The notes under the pieces: generated by a model
Told to the model about the DNA's origin: nothing
Seen by the model: the letters and a program-made list of their open reading frames with translations, nothing else
Database searches by the model: none
Shown here: positions 19,882-24,000 of the stretch, piece after piece
Numbering within the stretch: position 1 is the stretch's first letter
How the letters are laid out: each line of letters starts with the position of its first letter
Made by a program: the position numbers and the translations under genes
DNA from: an uncultured Alphaproteobacteria bacterium
Lineage (GTDB): Bacteria > Pseudomonadota > Alphaproteobacteria > Rhizobiales > Kaistiaceae
Assembly: GCA_963823045.1 (NCBI GenBank)
Contig: CAWGKA010000009.1
Span: forward strand, 189,437 to 213,436
DNA: 24,000 nucleotides
Direction: 5' to 3'

Positions 19882-20075
19882 TACTCCTGAAACCGGGTCC
19901 GACCCTTGCGGTCGGTGGTTAGTGTTGCGTTATCCAGATCGCGGCTGCGTCGAAGGCGCCAGCCCGGTGCCAGCCGCCCAAGATACCGCCGCTGTCTGAC
20001 GGTTTGATGCTTCCGGCCGGCAGTCGATGTCGATCGGAAACGCAAGATGACGGGCCGCGGCAAGGGCCGCCCCCG

Positions 20076-22059
<1,984 letters not shown>

Positions 22060-22252
22060 GAGAGATTATTGCCGCTCAGTTGCCATGAAATCCGCGCCGT
22101 CGGTGTCGATCCGCGCGGGGCCGTTCGGGCGGTTCCGATAGCACAGGCACACCGGCGCGTCACCAAGGACCGGCAAGGGTCGTTTTGGCCTTTGACACCA
22201 CCGGATTCACCTTATAAGGGGGGCGCGCTCTAGCACGAAGAGGCACGACGAC

Positions 22253-22658
22253 GTGGCCAAGGCAGACCTCGGAACCAAGCGTGTTTGTCCCAATTGCGGG
22301 ACCAAATATTACGACCTCAACAAATCTCCGGCGGTATGCCCGAAATGCGGCACCCTGTTCGAGGTGACGACGGCAAAGGCGCGGCCGCAGGAAACCGCCG
22401 CAGCCCGCAGGCCCGGCACCGGCACCGGCCAAGGAGGCGAAGGAAGAAGAGGAGGTCGTTGTCGAGGCGACAGCTGACACCATCTCCCTCGAAGAGGCCG
22501 ATGAGGAGATTTCCGGCGGCGCTGCCGGCGATGACGACGAAGACGAGGATATCGAGGTCGCCGACGACGACGATGAGGACGCCTTCCTCGAAGAGGACGA
22601 GGACGAAGGCGACGACGTTACGGACATCATCGGCGGCGTCGACGAGGACGACGACTAG
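22253..22658 (+). CDS. TIGR02300 / FYDLN-acid family protein, with one apparent extra base; GTG start
   Basis: 'VAKADLGTKRVCPNCGTKYYDLNKSPAVCPKCGTLFEV' then in frame 0 the acidic tail '...PAPAPAKEAKEEEEVVVEATADTISLEEADEEISGGAAGDDDEDEDIEVADDDDEDAFLEEDEDEGDDVTDIIGGVDEDDD*'. Span 406 nt = 3n+1. Confidence 0.88.
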
Positions 22659-22748
22659 CCGTCGGAACGCGCCGCGCTTGATTCCGCTTTCGGCAACGCG
22701 CTAAGCAGACACCACTCTGCGCCCTCCCCAAAGGGCGCGGCATCGGTC

Positions 22749-22824
<76 letters not shown>

Positions 22825-22848
22825 ATTCTCCAGCATTCCCGCCGCGAA

Positions 22849-23742
22849 TCACCCGCGATAGCGCAAGGCTTCGACGAGAAGCGTGAAGGCGGGCGATGGA
22901 TGCCTCCGGCTCGGATAATAGAGGTAGAAGCCGTCACGGTGGGGGCACCAGTCCCGCAGGACCTCGCGCAGCCGACCTTCGCGTATGTGCGGGCGGGCAA
23001 GGCCTTCGGGGACATAAGCCAAGCCGAGGCCGTCGAGCGCGACGTCGAGCATCGCGTAGACGCTGTTGACGGTCAGCTGACCTTTGACGCGAACTGCGAT
23101 CTCCTTGCCATTCTTCTCGAATTCCCAGGCATAAAGCCCCCCCAAGGTCGGCAGGCGGATATTGATGCAATTGTGCTGTGAGAGATCGTCGGGGCTTCGC
23201 GGTTCCGGCCGCGCGGCGAAATAGGACGGGGTGCCGACGACGGCGAAGCGAAAGTCGGGGCCGACGCGCACCGCCACCATGTCCTGGCCGAGCCTGTCGC
23301 CCATGCGGATGCCGCCGTCGAAGCGATGCTCGATAATGTCGACAAGGGCGTAGTCGGCGGAGAATTCGACATTGATGCCCGGATAGTTGGTGAGCAGCCC
23401 TGGCAGCTTCGGCTTGACGACGCTGTCGATGGCGTAGTCGCTCGCGGTGATGCGGACCGTGCCGGCCGGCTTGTCGCGCAGCCCGCGCAGCATATCGAGC
23501 TCTGCCACGACATCGTCGAGACGCGGGCCGACCGAATAGGCCAGCTGTTCGCCGACGGCGGTCAGCGAGACGTTGCGCGTGGTGCGGGCGAGGAGGCGAA
23601 GATCGAGCCGGTCTTCGAGCCTGCGCACGGTATGGCTCAGCGCCGACTGCGAGACACGAAGCTTGGCGGCTGCCTTGGTGAAACTGCGTTCGCGCGCCAC
23701 GGCGAGAAAAGCAACGAGGTCGTCGAGGTGGCGATGGGGCAT
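22849..23742 (-). CDS. LysR-family transcriptional regulator
   Basis: 'MPHRHLDDLVAFLAVARERSFTKAAAKLRVSQSALSHTVRRLEDRLDLRLLARTTRNVSLTAVGEQLAYSVGPRLDDV...', typical LysR HTH and substrate-binding domain. ORF is open further upstream, but this ATG matches the canonical N-terminus. Confidence 0.94.
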   Translation of the reverse strand: MPHRHLDDLVAFLAVARERSFTKAAAKLRVSQSALSHTVRRLEDRLDLRLLARTTRNVSLTAVGEQLAYSVGPRLDDVVAELDMLRGLRDKPAGTVRITASDYAIDSVVKPKLPGLLTNYPGINVEFSADYALVDIIEHRFDGGIRMGDRLGQDMVAVRVGPDFRFAVVGTPSYFAARPEPRSPDDLSQHNCINIRLPTLGGLYAWEFEKNGKEIAVRVKGQLTVNSVYAMLDVALDGLGLAYVPEGLARPHIREGRLREVLRDWCPHRDGFYLYYPSRRHPSPAFTLLVEALRYRG

Positions 23743-23883
23743 TTGAGCGTCCCAGACCTTGATCGGCATCGGCCGGTGAATGTCGAGCCGCCTGCCCAGG
23801 CCGGCGACCCACTCGAAACAGCTCCTCCCCTGAAAATGGTGACACAACCGGGCCGGCCGTCCCACTGCGCTCCGGCAGGCCAG

Positions 23884-23902
23884 CTATGAATTCTCTTCAT
23901 AG
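23884..23902. promoter_or_regulatory. Candidate LysR-type regulator binding site upstream of the LysR gene
   Basis: CTATGAA-TTCTC-TTCATAG, a perfect 7-bp interrupted inverted repeat containing T-N11-A (T23887, A23899). Confidence 0.55.
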
Positions 23903-24000
23903 GCCTTAGCGAGATTCACCCCCTAGTCGCGGGCGGGCTGCCGCTCAAGAACTTGTCCGCGTTCGGGGCGACAAGCCGGACCGACAATCGGCCCAGTGTC

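Noticed and set aside
22720-22739. Hairpin GCGCCCT-CCCCAA-AGGGCGC just before tRNA-Ala as a terminator
   Set aside because: Short stem and no U-tract; could be part of the tRNA leader but support is too weak to annotate.

Overview
This window is a GC-rich alphaproteobacterial (Rhizobiales/Hyphomicrobiales-like) housekeeping region. Left to right it carries: the 3' end of ahcY; a divL-like cell-cycle pseudokinase with Tyr at the phosphoacceptor position; tsaE; a murU-like nucleotidyltransferase; addB and addA, both broken by many frameshifts; two tandem thioredoxins (WCGPC and WCPPC); then on the minus strand folC, accD, trpA, trpB, trpF, lapA-like, ihfB, rpsA, cmk and aroA; then a FYDLN-acid protein, tRNA-Ala(GGC) and a LysR regulator. 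The most unusual locus is trpB-trpA. It contains an inverted pair of C-rich palindromic repeats plus a DUF559 (Vsr-like) endonuclease domain that reads in frame into TrpA. Other points of interest are a cluster of four GANTC sites ahead of divL, a near-duplicate thioredoxin with an altered active site, an apparently missing AmgK-type kinase next to murU, a TrpA with Glu at the catalytic Asp60 position, and a perfect LysR-type T-N11-A box. About 18 frameshifts, all in the same direction (one extra base), hit addAB, rpsA, aroA, lapA and the FYDLN gene. Because essential genes are hit, I read these mainly as sequence errors, which limits gene-level claims. I found no CRISPR array, prophage or obvious defence island.
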